The notes below the pieces were generated by a model that was not told the DNA's origin, did no database searches, and worked only from the letters and a program-made list of their open reading frames with translations. Shown here piece by piece: positions 30,304 to 39,596 of a stretch of DNA of 64,000 nt. The position numbers and the translations under genes are program-made. Each line of letters starts with the position of its first letter. Position 1 is the stretch's first letter. The stretch covers positions 66,978 through 130,977 of the IMG/VR virus record IMGVR_UViG_3300029880_000003; one strand, 5' to 3'. The DNA is from a virus (Duplodnaviria > Heunggongvirae > Uroviricota > Caudoviricetes).

Positions 30304-30440
30304 CCATAAGAAGGACGATAAGCGCAAGGATCAACCCTTGCCACGTCCTAGCAGGTAGCCGAAACATTAGCTATTCTAGGGCGGTATAGAAATTTTCATA
30401 CGGAAAATCTACTCGCAAGAGTTGCGAGAATCTTAGGAAG

Positions 30441-30656
30441 GTGTCTATCATGGAGCGCAAAGAAGCATTTGAGATTGTAGCAAGCTGGATCAAGACTTGC
30501 CACGTCCTAGCGGAAAATGATAGGTACGAAGCAATGGACGAACCTAGCGAGCGCGATATGTACATGCGCAGCGCTAAGGCGTGGGAGGAGCGAGAAGAAG
30601 CATTTGGAATAATTCTCGGTTTGGCGCGAGGATACGAGTATCATGAGGGCGAATAG
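30441..30656 (+). CDS. hypothetical small protein
   Basis: ORF after ACGGAAAAT motif. Confidence 0.4.
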   Translation: MSIMERKEAFEIVASWIKTCHVLAENDRYEAMDEPSERDMYMRSAKAWEEREEAFGIILGLARGYEYHEGE

Positions 30657-30694
30657 GAATCACCAAACGGAAAATCTTTTCGTTAAGGTAGCAA

Positions 30695-30724
30695 GAATTT
30701 ATTTGGAGCTGCTGTAATGGCAGC
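30695..30724 (+). terminator. rho-independent terminator
   Basis: GGAGCTGCTGTAATGGCAGCTCTTTTTTATT. Confidence 0.7.
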
Positions 30725-30831
30725 TCTTTTTTATTGTTGCTAGTCGGAAAATTTCTTTAACAATACTATTGACACAAGCAACCAACATGGTAATATATAC
30801 CTATCAAAAGAAATCGTTGAACGGAGAAGCC

Positions 30832-31062
30832 ATGAAGAACAAAGTACCAGCATACATCATTAAGGACTTGGAAAAACTTAACAAGCACTTGAACGCTGTA
30901 GCCGAACTTGCTGGTAACATAGAATCGTGGGTCGGAAAAAATACCAGCGAAGATGGTTTGGATTTTTTCTATGAAAATCATCTGGACATGCCATATGAAT
31001 TTGATCTTGACTATACCAAAGCTGAATTGGAAAGAATCGTGGACAGAAAATCTGCTTGCTAG
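30832..31062 (+). CDS. hypothetical small protein
   Basis: ATG after GGAGAAG RBS; sigma70-like promoter TTGACA-17-AATATA upstream at about 30772-30800. Confidence 0.45.
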   Translation: MKNKVPAYIIKDLEKLNKHLNAVAELAGNIESWVGKNTSEDGLDFFYENHLDMPYEFDLDYTKAELERIVDRKSAC

Positions 31063-31079
31063 AGTAGCGAGATTAAATC

Positions 31080-31107
31080 GGAGCAGCCTAAATGCTGCTC
31101 TTTTTTG
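31080..31107 (+). terminator. rho-independent terminator
   Basis: CGGAGCAGCCTAAATGCTGCTCTTTTTTG. Confidence 0.7.
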
Positions 31108-31283
31108 TTTGGTGTGTTGTATAGAAATACCCGAACGGAAAATAAATATACTATTATATACAACTCAACCGAACCAGTCAACTTGTGGAGACAATATGGA
31201 CACACAACCATACAGAATTTGACGCATGGAAAATCTGCTGTATAATAACGAAAAGCATTTGAACTTAGCTCAAAGGAGAAACA

Positions 31284-31628
31284 ATGCTTTGCAAGAATCA
31301 AATTGATAACTATAAGTTTCATAATTCTTTATCGGAAAATTCCAGGGCATACTTGCATTCTTGCATGGAGTATGCTAGCACAGAGGAAGATCAGATGATG
31401 ATTCGCATTGCGGATTTTTGCTTGGCTAATCGCAGTCGTATGTTTTTCTGGTCGGATAATTATTTCTGGGTTGACCGTGGAGCGCCAATGGGTTACATCA
31501 ACGTAAATATCAAGAATGATTCAAACGGAAAATCATTTAAGCGTAGAGTAGCATTAGGCAAGGAGCCTGAACGTACCATTATGAGCCTAGCACAAGGCTT
31601 TGCAGACTTGATGGAAGAGTTGCAATAG
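31284..31628 (+). CDS. hypothetical protein
   Basis: 114-aa ORF, AAAGGAGAAACA-ATG RBS. Confidence 0.45.
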   Translation: MLCKNQIDNYKFHNSLSENSRAYLHSCMEYASTEEDQMMIRIADFCLANRSRMFFWSDNYFWVDRGAPMGYINVNIKNDSNGKSFKRRVALGKEPERTIMSLAQGFADLMEELQ

Positions 31629-32146
31629 AAATATCTAGACGGAAAATTTTAGCGTCTTAGATAGGCTTAGAATAGCTTAGAGAATAAAGAGCAAGCAAGA
31701 TAGAGAGGATATAGCATGGAAGATTTTTTGCTCAATACCATATTTAGTTGCACAATGTCAACTATCATTGGTGGGATCATTGGATTTGCTAAGGATAACA
31801 TTGTAGAGATCGGAAAGACTGTCATTAGTAGCATTACTAAAATCAATCTGGGTTAACAGAAATTTTTAGACGGAAAATCTTTTCGTTAGAGTAGCGAGAA
31901 TTTATTTGTATTCTCACTTGCATAGCCTGATCTTTCTGCTATACTAATTCCCAACGGAAAACAAACATAGCAGAAAGGCAGTAAGCATGAGCGTTTGGAT
32001 TATTCTTACGGAGATCAACGGATACAAGAATATTTATGAGGTGTACGAGACGGAAGAAAAGGCACGTCAAGCAGCGGATAATATGCCTTGGCAATATGAC
32101 AGGCATGAAGTATGGGTTTGCGAGTACCATGTATTGTAATTAGTTT

Positions 32147-32177
32147 GGAGTGGGTGCAATGCCCACTCTTTTTTTAT
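32147..32177 (+). terminator. rho-independent terminator
   Basis: GGAGTGGGTGCAATGCCCACTCTTTTTTT. Confidence 0.7.
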
Positions 32178-32281
32178 GCGTGGAAAATTGTGTAGAAAAT
32201 ATGAAGTGGAAAATTTTAGGTAGACACAGACTAACAAAGTAGTATTATTAAATCATCGAAGGAACCGAACAGAAAGAAAAG

Positions 32282-32716
32282 GTGAGAACATTGGCTATCA
32301 AACGTGAGTACAAGACCAAGGAAGAATGCGTAGGTCTTTACATGGAAGAGGGATTCAATGAGTTTCCATCGTGGGTAGTGAGCGAGCAGCCAGATTTCTA
32401 TGATAACTGGTCTTTCATGGCAGCTCTTGACGAGTATGAAGCCGAGGAAGAAGGTGAGGAATACGGACACACCAATGAGCCTATGTGGTCTACTTGGTTT
32501 ATCCCTAACGACACTTGCATTAGGCGATTCATCGAAGAGAATCCCGAAAAGGTTATGGATTGTGGCTTCACTCTAATCTATGATTCTGACGAGGATTTGT
32601 TTGCTATTGGTGTAGATGGTTGTGGATACAGCTTTAGGGATACGCATTTCACACGTCTGTATGACGCAGAAGGTTTGCATTGGCACGATGAGCCAGAAGA
32701 GGAAGAAGAGAATTAG
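32282..32716 (+). CDS. acidic hypothetical protein (start uncertain, GTG/TTG)
   Basis: ORF, Glu-rich C-terminus. Confidence 0.4.
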   Translation: MRTLAIKREYKTKEECVGLYMEEGFNEFPSWVVSEQPDFYDNWSFMAALDEYEAEEEGEEYGHTNEPMWSTWFIPNDTCIRRFIEENPEKVMDCGFTLIYDSDEDLFAIGVDGCGYSFRDTHFTRLYDAEGLHWHDEPEEEEEN

Positions 32717-32730
32717 CCAACAACCAACCT

Positions 32731-32759
32731 GGGGAGCTGTAATGGCTCCCCATTTTTTA
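32731..32759 (+). terminator. rho-independent terminator
   Basis: GGGGAGCTGTAATGGCTCCCCATTTTTTAT. Confidence 0.7.
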
Positions 32760-32877
32760 TGTGATCGTATTTTTTATTACTTGTGAAGAAATTGTGGAGT
32801 GTCTAGGTTATCGATTGTATTAGCTGTATTCGTGGTATTATTTAACTGTTGAAAGACCTAAGAGAAAGGTTAAGACA

Positions 32878-33159
32878 ATGACTAAGGACGAACTTGATAA
32901 GCTGATAGCAGATGGCAAGACGTTTGATGATCTTATCTATAATTTTGAGTTTTCCAATGACGAGATTGTTAGCCGAGATATTATTCTTGACTTTGCTATC
33001 AATCAGATTCAGAACGACAGACTGTTTCTTGCACGTCACGTTCTCGATGCGGTAGACAAGGAGTATGCAGATTTTTATTCCTATGACATGAGCATGGGTA
33101 CACTTGAAACGCCAACCGCTATTACGAGCATCGAAGATTTGTACGATTTTGTAGATTAG
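32878..33159 (+). CDS. acidic hypothetical protein
   Basis: ORF. Confidence 0.45.
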   Translation: MTKDELDKLIADGKTFDDLIYNFEFSNDEIVSRDIILDFAINQIQNDRLFLARHVLDAVDKEYADFYSYDMSMGTLETPTAITSIEDLYDFVD

Positions 33160-33169
33160 GAGAATTACA

Positions 33170-33382
33170 ATGAATGTTACCGAGCTTAACCGAGATCAGC
33201 TTATCGAATTGAAGCAGAGCTATCTTGATGTGCTTAATGAATCTGACGAGCATGAAGAGGTTGTGGGCGTTAGCTATAACGAGTTGGCGAACGCTGACGA
33301 GATTGTACCTGATGACGTTATCTTTGATTACTATGCTGACATTATCTTTAGCGAAGATGATTTCTTTTGTAGTGCAGCTTAG
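33170..33382 (+). CDS. acidic hypothetical protein
   Basis: ORF. Confidence 0.45.
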   Translation: MNVTELNRDQLIELKQSYLDVLNESDEHEEVVGVSYNELANADEIVPDDVIFDYYADIIFSEDDFFCSAA

Positions 33383-33398
33383 ATGAAAAGTTAGATTA

Positions 33399-33429
33399 GA
33401 GCGGGTATCATTCCCGCTCTTTTCTTTTG
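33399..33429 (+). terminator. rho-independent terminator
   Basis: GAGCGGGTATCATTCCCGCTCTTTTCTTTTG. Confidence 0.65.
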
Positions 33430-33532
33430 TATGGATACTTGTGAAGAGATTGTGAAGTATCTAGGTTCTCGCTGGAATGCAGCTTGGCTGTAGTAATATA
33501 TACCTATCAAAAGAAATGTTAAGGAGCAAAAG

Positions 33533-33787
33533 ATGATTTCGGCAAAAGAAGCGAAAAAAATCGCACAAGATTCTAATAAGCATAATGGAATTGATTTTGA
33601 TTTTATTGCTAGATTGAGTGGAATAATAGAAAAACAAGCAAAAAAAGGTTACTTTAACTTAAAGATTAAATTCTGTAAACCTTGCGATGGTGATGCTGTT
33701 CCTACTGTAATAGACTATCTTCTGTATCATGGATATAAAATAAGCTATGATACAAACACACAAAAATTTGATGTTAGCTGGGAATAA
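33533..33787 (+). CDS. hypothetical protein
   Basis: ORF with AAGGAGCAAAAG-ATG RBS. Confidence 0.45.
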   Translation: MISAKEAKKIAQDSNKHNGIDFDFIARLSGIIEKQAKKGYFNLKIKFCKPCDGDAVPTVIDYLLYHGYKISYDTNTQKFDVSWE

Positions 33788-33799
33788 AAGGAGATTAAA

Positions 33800-34141
33800 T
33801 TGCAGTTCGATTACAACGAAACTTATCAGCTCATGCGCAAGTTCCACGATCTTGGTAAGAATGAAGCTCTAATCATGGATTATCTTTTCAAGCAGAGTGT
33901 AGCAGAAGTAACCTATTCACAGCTTGCAAAAGCTATCGGGCAAAAGGATATGAGCAACGTAAGAAAAGCTATCCTTAACTTAGAGCAGATGGGACTGGTA
34001 AACATCTGCCGAAAGTATGAGGAAGAGGAAGCGCCTAAGAATTCTAATCCTATGATTGCTTGCTTTATCGTAGATGGCTGGATGGAAAGGCTGTTATACG
34101 GTACCTGGGATACATCTGAATGGGACTGTATCAGACGTTAA
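33800..34141 (+). CDS. hypothetical protein (TTG start after AAGGAG)
   Basis: ORF. Confidence 0.4.
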   Translation: MQFDYNETYQLMRKFHDLGKNEALIMDYLFKQSVAEVTYSQLAKAIGQKDMSNVRKAILNLEQMGLVNICRKYEEEEAPKNSNPMIACFIVDGWMERLLYGTWDTSEWDCIRR

Positions 34142-34182
34142 AGGTCACGTCTTAGAATTGACTACAGAGCCTAGAGAAAGGA

Positions 34183-34437
34183 TTGAAGGTGGCACGTAAA
34201 TACTATGCAGAAGAATGTCCATACGGTATCAGAACTTTGAGCGATTGCGATTCTTGCTTTGTATTTGAATCGCAGATGGAACGTGACAATTTTGTAAGCG
34301 AAGATGATATGCACCGATCTGCTATCAGTCGTGACAATGTACGTATGAGATATGATCTTAGCGCTGATGAATTTGAAAAGCCTGATTATGAATGGCATAA
34401 TGCAGTAGACGGATACCCAGCGAAGGAACGGTATTGA
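34183..34437 (+). CDS. hypothetical protein
   Basis: ORF. Confidence 0.4.
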   Translation: MKVARKYYAEECPYGIRTLSDCDSCFVFESQMERDNFVSEDDMHRSAISRDNVRMRYDLSADEFEKPDYEWHNAVDGYPAKERY

Positions 34438-34643
34438 TGAAGTATAAAGAAACGGCAGATCAGTTTCAGTATTTTGCTGCTAGTACGCTAAACATTCCAG
34501 AAGAGGATATTAGAGCAGTACAAGGGGTATTGCGTATTCTCCCCGATGGTAAAGTAGGGGTTAATACAATCAGAAAAATGCTATCTTATATCTACCGAAA
34601 AGAAGTGATTAAGCAAGGCGATAATTGGTATGAGAAGTATTAG
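34434..34643 (+). CDS. hypothetical protein
   Basis: ORF overlapping by 4 nt. Confidence 0.4.
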   Translation: MMKYKETADQFQYFAASTLNIPEEDIRAVQGVLRILPDGKVGVNTIRKMLSYIYRKEVIKQGDNWYEKY

Positions 34644-34669
34644 GGGAGGTAATTATACCTCCCTTTTTT
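34644..34669 (+). terminator. rho-independent terminator
   Basis: GGGGAGGTAATTATACCTCCCTTTTTTG. Confidence 0.7.
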
Positions 34670-34766
34670 GTGTAGAAACTGTGGAGTAATGTGTATCTGG
34701 TAATAGCATGGTCTGATGTTTGGTAATATATACCCATCGGAAGAACAAAAGAGAAAGGAACTCCCG

Positions 34767-35426
34767 ATGCGTACCGAGACTGTTACATACAAGATCTATA
34801 AGTACAGCGAACTTTCCGATGATGCCAAGGCTAAGGCGTTTGAATGGTTCAAAAGCGTTCGTGCCGATGAGAACTATATCTTTACCGAGGATTGCGAAGA
34901 TAGTCTGAAGCTTCGGTTCCCTAACAGCGAATTGCAGGTACAGTACAGTCTTAGTTATTCGCAGGGCGATGGTCTTAATATCTTTGGTAATCTGTACTTG
35001 CCTGATGTGTTGTCATATATTAAAGATAACTTCACGGAAGAAGAATTTTCTTACATTAAGCATATCGTAAACGAGTATGGCACTGGTGAGGGCTGTTGGT
35101 TTGGCGATCAGTATGTTAAGATGCAACGAAATACTCGTTACGCATATTGCATTGCTGCATGTAATGATTATGTAACTGCTATGCGAGATAATATCGTATG
35201 TGAAATCGAAATAGCCGAAGAGAGCGAACGTAAACCAGATACGATTATCAATGATGAATTGATTAACAGGTTTAATATGTACGTAGTCGAATACTTTACC
35301 AATCTTTGCAAAGAGTATGAAGAATGGGGATATGACTTCTTCTATCCCGAAGATGATGCGGAGTTTATCGAGCTGTGCGAAGCTAACGATTGGGAGTTTT
35401 ATGAAGATGGTACTTTTTATTGCTAG
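34767..35426 (+). CDS. hypothetical acidic protein
   Basis: start MRTETVTY after AGAGAAAGGAAC RBS. Confidence 0.45.
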   Translation: MRTETVTYKIYKYSELSDDAKAKAFEWFKSVRADENYIFTEDCEDSLKLRFPNSELQVQYSLSYSQGDGLNIFGNLYLPDVLSYIKDNFTEEEFSYIKHIVNEYGTGEGCWFGDQYVKMQRNTRYAYCIAACNDYVTAMRDNIVCEIEIAEESERKPDTIINDELINRFNMYVVEYFTNLCKEYEEWGYDFFYPEDDAEFIELCEANDWEFYEDGTFYC

Positions 35427-35512
35427 TGTAGGAATTGTGGAGATTTATATTCTTAGCTGAACACGATTCCTTTAGTGGTAATGTGTAACTACAGAAAGAG
35501 AAAGGAAGAACA

Positions 35513-35938
35513 ATGTCATTTCATATGATTACAAAATCCGAACAGCAAAGTAATGGTCTTGGTTGGCTTAAGGATATTTGTGATTATGATATTAAGAAGC
35601 GCAAGGATGATCTGCTTTACATCGTAGACGATCAGCATTGTACTGATTATCATAGGTGCAATAAGTCTGTTCTGTATAATGATATGACTGGGTATGAAGA
35701 TTTGATTCAGCGTGAAGGTGAATTGAAAGACGATGAATTTTATGTAGTGCTGTATAACAAACCTGTTAAGGCTTATGGTTTTTGGGAACTTTGGGGAGCT
35801 GTTGACTTCGGTGTAACCAAAGAAGATATTATTCAAAATGTACTTGACAACAAGTATGCGGAAGGTGCCTACTACTTTACTGTAGGTCAAATGATGAAAA
35901 CTACTTTGGATTATCAGAATGGTGTTTACAATGGGTAA
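35513..35938 (+). CDS. hypothetical protein
   Basis: 141-aa ORF. Confidence 0.45.
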   Translation: MSFHMITKSEQQSNGLGWLKDICDYDIKKRKDDLLYIVDDQHCTDYHRCNKSVLYNDMTGYEDLIQREGELKDDEFYVVLYNKPVKAYGFWELWGAVDFGVTKEDIIQNVLDNKYAEGAYYFTVGQMMKTTLDYQNGVYNG

Positions 35939-36146
35939 AGCTGAATGGCAAAGCACTACGCAAAGTTGCTGCAATGAATGCCCAGTAATCAGCATGGAAA
36001 CGTGCGACCAATGCCCTATTAAAATGTATGGAGACTTACTTGCTGCACGCTCTTTGTATGGTATTGGGTCTACAGAAGAAGAGAGCGTATCAAAGCTGTT
36101 CAACTCTACAATGAGCAGCAAAGAGAACATGGGTAGGCAGCTATGA
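35931..36146 (+). CDS. small Cys-rich protein (coupled start)
   Basis: MGKAEWQSTTQSCCNECPVISMETCDQCPIKMYGDLL. Confidence 0.35.
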   Translation: MGKAEWQSTTQSCCNECPVISMETCDQCPIKMYGDLLAARSLYGIGSTEEESVSKLFNSTMSSKENMGRQL

Positions 36147-36312
36147 ATTTGCTAGATCTGTTTATGATACCTGGGTTAGACAATAGCAGTGAAATCAAAC
36201 GTCTTAGAAAGGAATCTAAGGAGCGCATGAGAAAGCCTATATGGGTTTATAGGTATCCTTACAATAAGAAGCCTAAGAAGGCTGACAAAGGTAAATAATT
36301 AAGGTTGTAGTT

Positions 36313-36759
36313 ATGTGCAAACATAAAAAACGATATGAAGAAATCTATTGTCGATATAAAAAGTATACTATTGACGAGGTGCGAAAACTATGGGAGTGGT
36401 CTAAGTCAGAATACGAAAAGACGGGTAAATACCCTGTTATCTTTATTGACGGAGATAAAAAAATCAAGACGAGTATGGGAAAGAAAACGTCCAGTAATTA
36501 CCGATATGATAATTTCTTTTTACACGGCACAGATTGCGTGTCATGCGGTCTAAAAGGTCAATACTTCTGGCTTGAAAAAAATAATGATAATAGAACTAAG
36601 ACGTGGCATTTTAATTTATATGGAGTTGACGAAAACGGGCGCGAGGTTCAAATGACAAAGGATCATATTATCCCTAAGAGTTGTGGCGGTAAAAATCATG
36701 TAGACAATTATCAACCGATGTGTTGCCGTTGCAACCTAGCGAAAGGCAATAAGCAATAA
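36313..36759 (+). CDS. HNH endonuclease
   Basis: TKDHIIPKSCGGKNHVDNYQPMCCRCNLAKG canonical HNH. Confidence 0.75.
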   Translation: MCKHKKRYEEIYCRYKKYTIDEVRKLWEWSKSEYEKTGKYPVIFIDGDKKIKTSMGKKTSSNYRYDNFFLHGTDCVSCGLKGQYFWLEKNNDNRTKTWHFNLYGVDENGREVQMTKDHIIPKSCGGKNHVDNYQPMCCRCNLAKGNKQ

Positions 36760-36765
36760 CGCTAT

Positions 36766-36795
36766 GGGCGTCCAGTTTTTGGACACCTTTTTATT
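36766..36795 (+). terminator. terminator-like hairpin with T-run
   Basis: GGGCGTCCAGTTTTTGGACACCTTTTTATTTTTG. Confidence 0.5.
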
Positions 36796-37029
36796 TTTGT
36801 GGCAGAACTATACCGCTAATAGCATAGTTTTGCCATTTACTATCTCGCAAAACTATGCTATTAGCGGTATAGCTTTCTTAATCTGTTCCCCTAAACTATT
36901 CCGATAACGGTATAGTTTCTCCCGAAATTGTCTAAGAAAAATTTCCAAAATATAGTTGACAAGTAGTTGAATACCATATAATATGTAGGCATAGAGAAAA
37001 GCAACGGAACCTTAGAGAAAGGTACGACA

Positions 37030-37869
37030 ATGGAAACCACGATGAACAACAAGGTAAAGACCTCTAGCACAGCACTTGGATGCTTTGTCTACGATGGTCT
37101 GTATGAAACCTACATTGGAGAGTTGATTGGTCTTGTGCCTTACGATCAGCGCGAGAAAGTCAATGATGAGATCGGTGAGTTGTATTGCGAGAAACTTTCC
37201 GAGTTCATGTATGACGTTTTGCCTAGTGACATTGATGATGAATTCGAGATTACCTATGTGGAAACTTTCCATCCACGTTATTACAACTATGAGACTGATT
37301 CTATCAATTTCGTCTTCAAGTATTCTAATGCTGTGAAAGATTGGATTCGTTCACAGGTTAAGCACAACGGATTCGATAAATTCTTGGCTGATAACTTCAC
37401 TGATCGTGACGGCTTTCTTTCCCTTACTCCAAATAATCGCAAGGATTGGAGTAAGGGTTTTAATCGCAACGATTGGCGTTGCGTGTCTGCCGCTCTTTGG
37501 TATATTGCTGATAATGAAAGCAACGATGGTTACAAACTGGCTTTCAATGAGAATGTTTATTATCTTATCACTGAAAACTATGTGCCTTATGAGTACGCAG
37601 AACAATTCTCCAATGGCATGATTGGTGTTGTCACCAGTGAGTATGACGAGAAAAACGATTGTGAATACTTCGATGCATACTTGATTGATGTTGACGGTAG
37701 CATTGTTAACAACGTCAAGATGAATGACGAATGGAATGAACTCTACGGTAGCGCATTTGCGGCGTGGCAGTACAGCGATATTGTCAATGATCTTACTGAT
37801 GGCTACAGCTATTGCGATAGTCAGTCTAAGCCTTGTAAGGTTCCTGAATTCAATAAGGCTGTAGCATAG
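37030..37869 (+). CDS. acidic hypothetical protein (anti-restriction-like composition; unassigned)
   Basis: 279-aa Asp/Glu/Tyr-rich ORF. Confidence 0.45.
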   Translation: METTMNNKVKTSSTALGCFVYDGLYETYIGELIGLVPYDQREKVNDEIGELYCEKLSEFMYDVLPSDIDDEFEITYVETFHPRYYNYETDSINFVFKYSNAVKDWIRSQVKHNGFDKFLADNFTDRDGFLSLTPNNRKDWSKGFNRNDWRCVSAALWYIADNESNDGYKLAFNENVYYLITENYVPYEYAEQFSNGMIGVVTSEYDEKNDCEYFDAYLIDVDGSIVNNVKMNDEWNELYGSAFAAWQYSDIVNDLTDGYSYCDSQSKPCKVPEFNKAVA

Positions 37870-37882
37870 TTTAGAGGGGAAT

Positions 37883-38095
37883 ATGGTTATGTATTCTGTT
37901 TCTATCTGTACTATCAGAGCAAAGTTTGTGGACTATCTTGTATTTGATACGCGTAAGAAAGCAACGAATTATCTTAAAGAACATGGGTTTGCATATGATA
38001 GCGTAGCTGATACAAGATATGCGAGCTATATTCCAGATGTTTGGTATAATTCTAATACAAAATGCGAAGCAACTATTTTGAGTTATTGTTGCTAA
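37883..38095 (+). CDS. small protein, tandem paralog A
   Basis: shares …KEA..YL..HGF……D.R…YIPD..YN..T with next ORF. Confidence 0.45.
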   Translation: MVMYSVSICTIRAKFVDYLVFDTRKKATNYLKEHGFAYDSVADTRYASYIPDVWYNSNTKCEATILSYCC

Positions 38096-38115
38096 CGGAT
38101 AGAAAGTAAATTATC

Positions 38116-38322
38116 ATGTTTTATGTAGAGATCATCGGTGAGATGTTCGAACCGATTAAATATATTGATTGCAAAACCCGCAAAGAAGCGTTAGACTATC
38201 TTAATACGCATGGTTTTGTTCGTAATACAGTGGGGGATGGGCGTTGCTACGAATACATTCCCGATATTTACTACAATGAGAGTACGGACAAAAGAGCAAA
38301 GATCTTTAGTGACAACAAATAA
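38116..38322 (+). CDS. small protein, tandem paralog B
   Basis: paralog of 37883..38095. Confidence 0.45.
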   Translation: MFYVEIIGEMFEPIKYIDCKTRKEALDYLNTHGFVRNTVGDGRCYEYIPDIYYNESTDKRAKIFSDNK

Positions 38323-38428
38323 CAACACGATGCGACCAGCAAAGCTGTGTTGCCTTTACAGAATGGCAGCTGCGTTCTCCTTTCGGTTTCTTTCCTTTCT
38401 CTATCTCATTTAGCAGCTGCCATACACA

Positions 38429-38459
38429 AGGAGTGGACTTCGGTTCACTCCTTTTTATT
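38429..38459 (+). terminator. rho-independent terminator
   Basis: AAGGAGTGGACTTCGGTTCACTCCTTTTTATTT. Confidence 0.7.
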
Positions 38460-38916
38460 TAGAAACCTACTTGCCAACTACATTAGACTGATATATAATA
38501 TGGAAAAGATATTGTGATTACCTCGGAGGTGTACGGAATGACCATTGAAACAGTTGGTAAGATCAAAGGCTATGTGTCTCCTGGCATGGCTGCAAATGAT
38601 AGTTATAAGGCATATAATGCCGTCTATGAAGAGCGGTAGACATATGCTTGTATCTGGTGTTCCGTATTTAATCACTTTAATCATAATGACTGCTGCTGTT
38701 ATTGGGGCAACCATTTTGGTTTCGAGGTTATAGATGAACAAACTATATACCTATTTCATCATCACTGTTGACGAAAGGGATCCTGACGGTGGAACGTATG
38801 CGGGAGAAGTTTCAAGAAGCAGAAGGATACCATGTTGTCGCTGATGGATATTACGTGAAGTACGTTTATATGCTGTATGATGTTGTCGAAGAAAGCAAGC
38901 TGCGCCATGTCGCAAA

Positions 38917-39126
38917 ATGAAGGGAACCACTACCCCATGTCGCAAAATGAAAGGATTCATCATGTTCGGTAGGAAGAAAAAGTGCTGCTATTGCGGTGAC
39001 AAGAAGAGCGATCTCTATGTCGGCTTCGTGAAAGATCGGCGAGGAAATATCGAGAAGATCATATGTTGCAAAACGTGTGCCGTGTTCCGAGGAATCAGGA
39101 TTTATCAAAACGATAAATCACGGTAG
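38917..39126 (+). CDS. zinc-ribbon small protein
   Basis: CCYCGD…CCKTC. Confidence 0.35.
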   Translation: MKGTTTPCRKMKGFIMFGRKKKCCYCGDKKSDLYVGFVKDRRGNIEKIICCKTCAVFRGIRIYQNDKSR

Positions 39127-39206
39127 CAATTGATGGTATGTATTCTAATCTATGTGCAAACATGATACAATGTATCTGAATATCATATCGGAAAGGGCTG
39201 TCGTGT

Positions 39207-39425
39207 ATGTCACGAATAAAAACAAATGTGACCCAAGGCAAAAGAGCGATGCTCAACACTACTATAAGGCAAGAAACGCTAGACGATTTCAAGGCATACT
39301 GCAAAGAGCTTGGCTTTCCTATGAACATGATTTTGGAATCTTTCATGTCGCAGTTTGTAAACGGTGAGTTTGTATTGAAGATTGGAAAAGCTAACAAGTT
39401 GAACGTAGATGTTAGAGACGAATAG
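39207..39425 (+). CDS. small DNA-binding-like protein (ribbon-helix-helix-like), paralog of 42010..42213
   Basis: both share NTT(I/V)……L..F(K/R).(Y/K)C…G..MN..LE.FM.QF..GEF…GK. Confidence 0.4.
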   Translation: MSRIKTNVTQGKRAMLNTTIRQETLDDFKAYCKELGFPMNMILESFMSQFVNGEFVLKIGKANKLNVDVRDE

Positions 39426-39452
39426 ATAGATAGAATACGTATGTTGTTTTTT

Positions 39453-39485
39453 GACTGGCGCATGTTGTGTCAGTCTCTTTTTTAT
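39453..39485 (+). terminator. rho-independent terminator
   Basis: GACTGGCGCATGTTGTGTCAGTCTCTTTTTTAT. Confidence 0.65.
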
Positions 39486-39596
39486 ATGTAGAAATTGTGG
39501 TGCGACATACGCTCATGTTGTTAGTGTGGTATTATTCTCCTAAGAAATAAACAAGGTTAGATGCGATTGGAGATTTCAAAATGAATTGGGAAAACC

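Noticed and set aside
35516-36130. 204-aa minus-strand ORF
   Set aside because: It is antisense to coupled plus-strand genes, has extreme Ile/Leu/Phe low complexity, and has no RBS.
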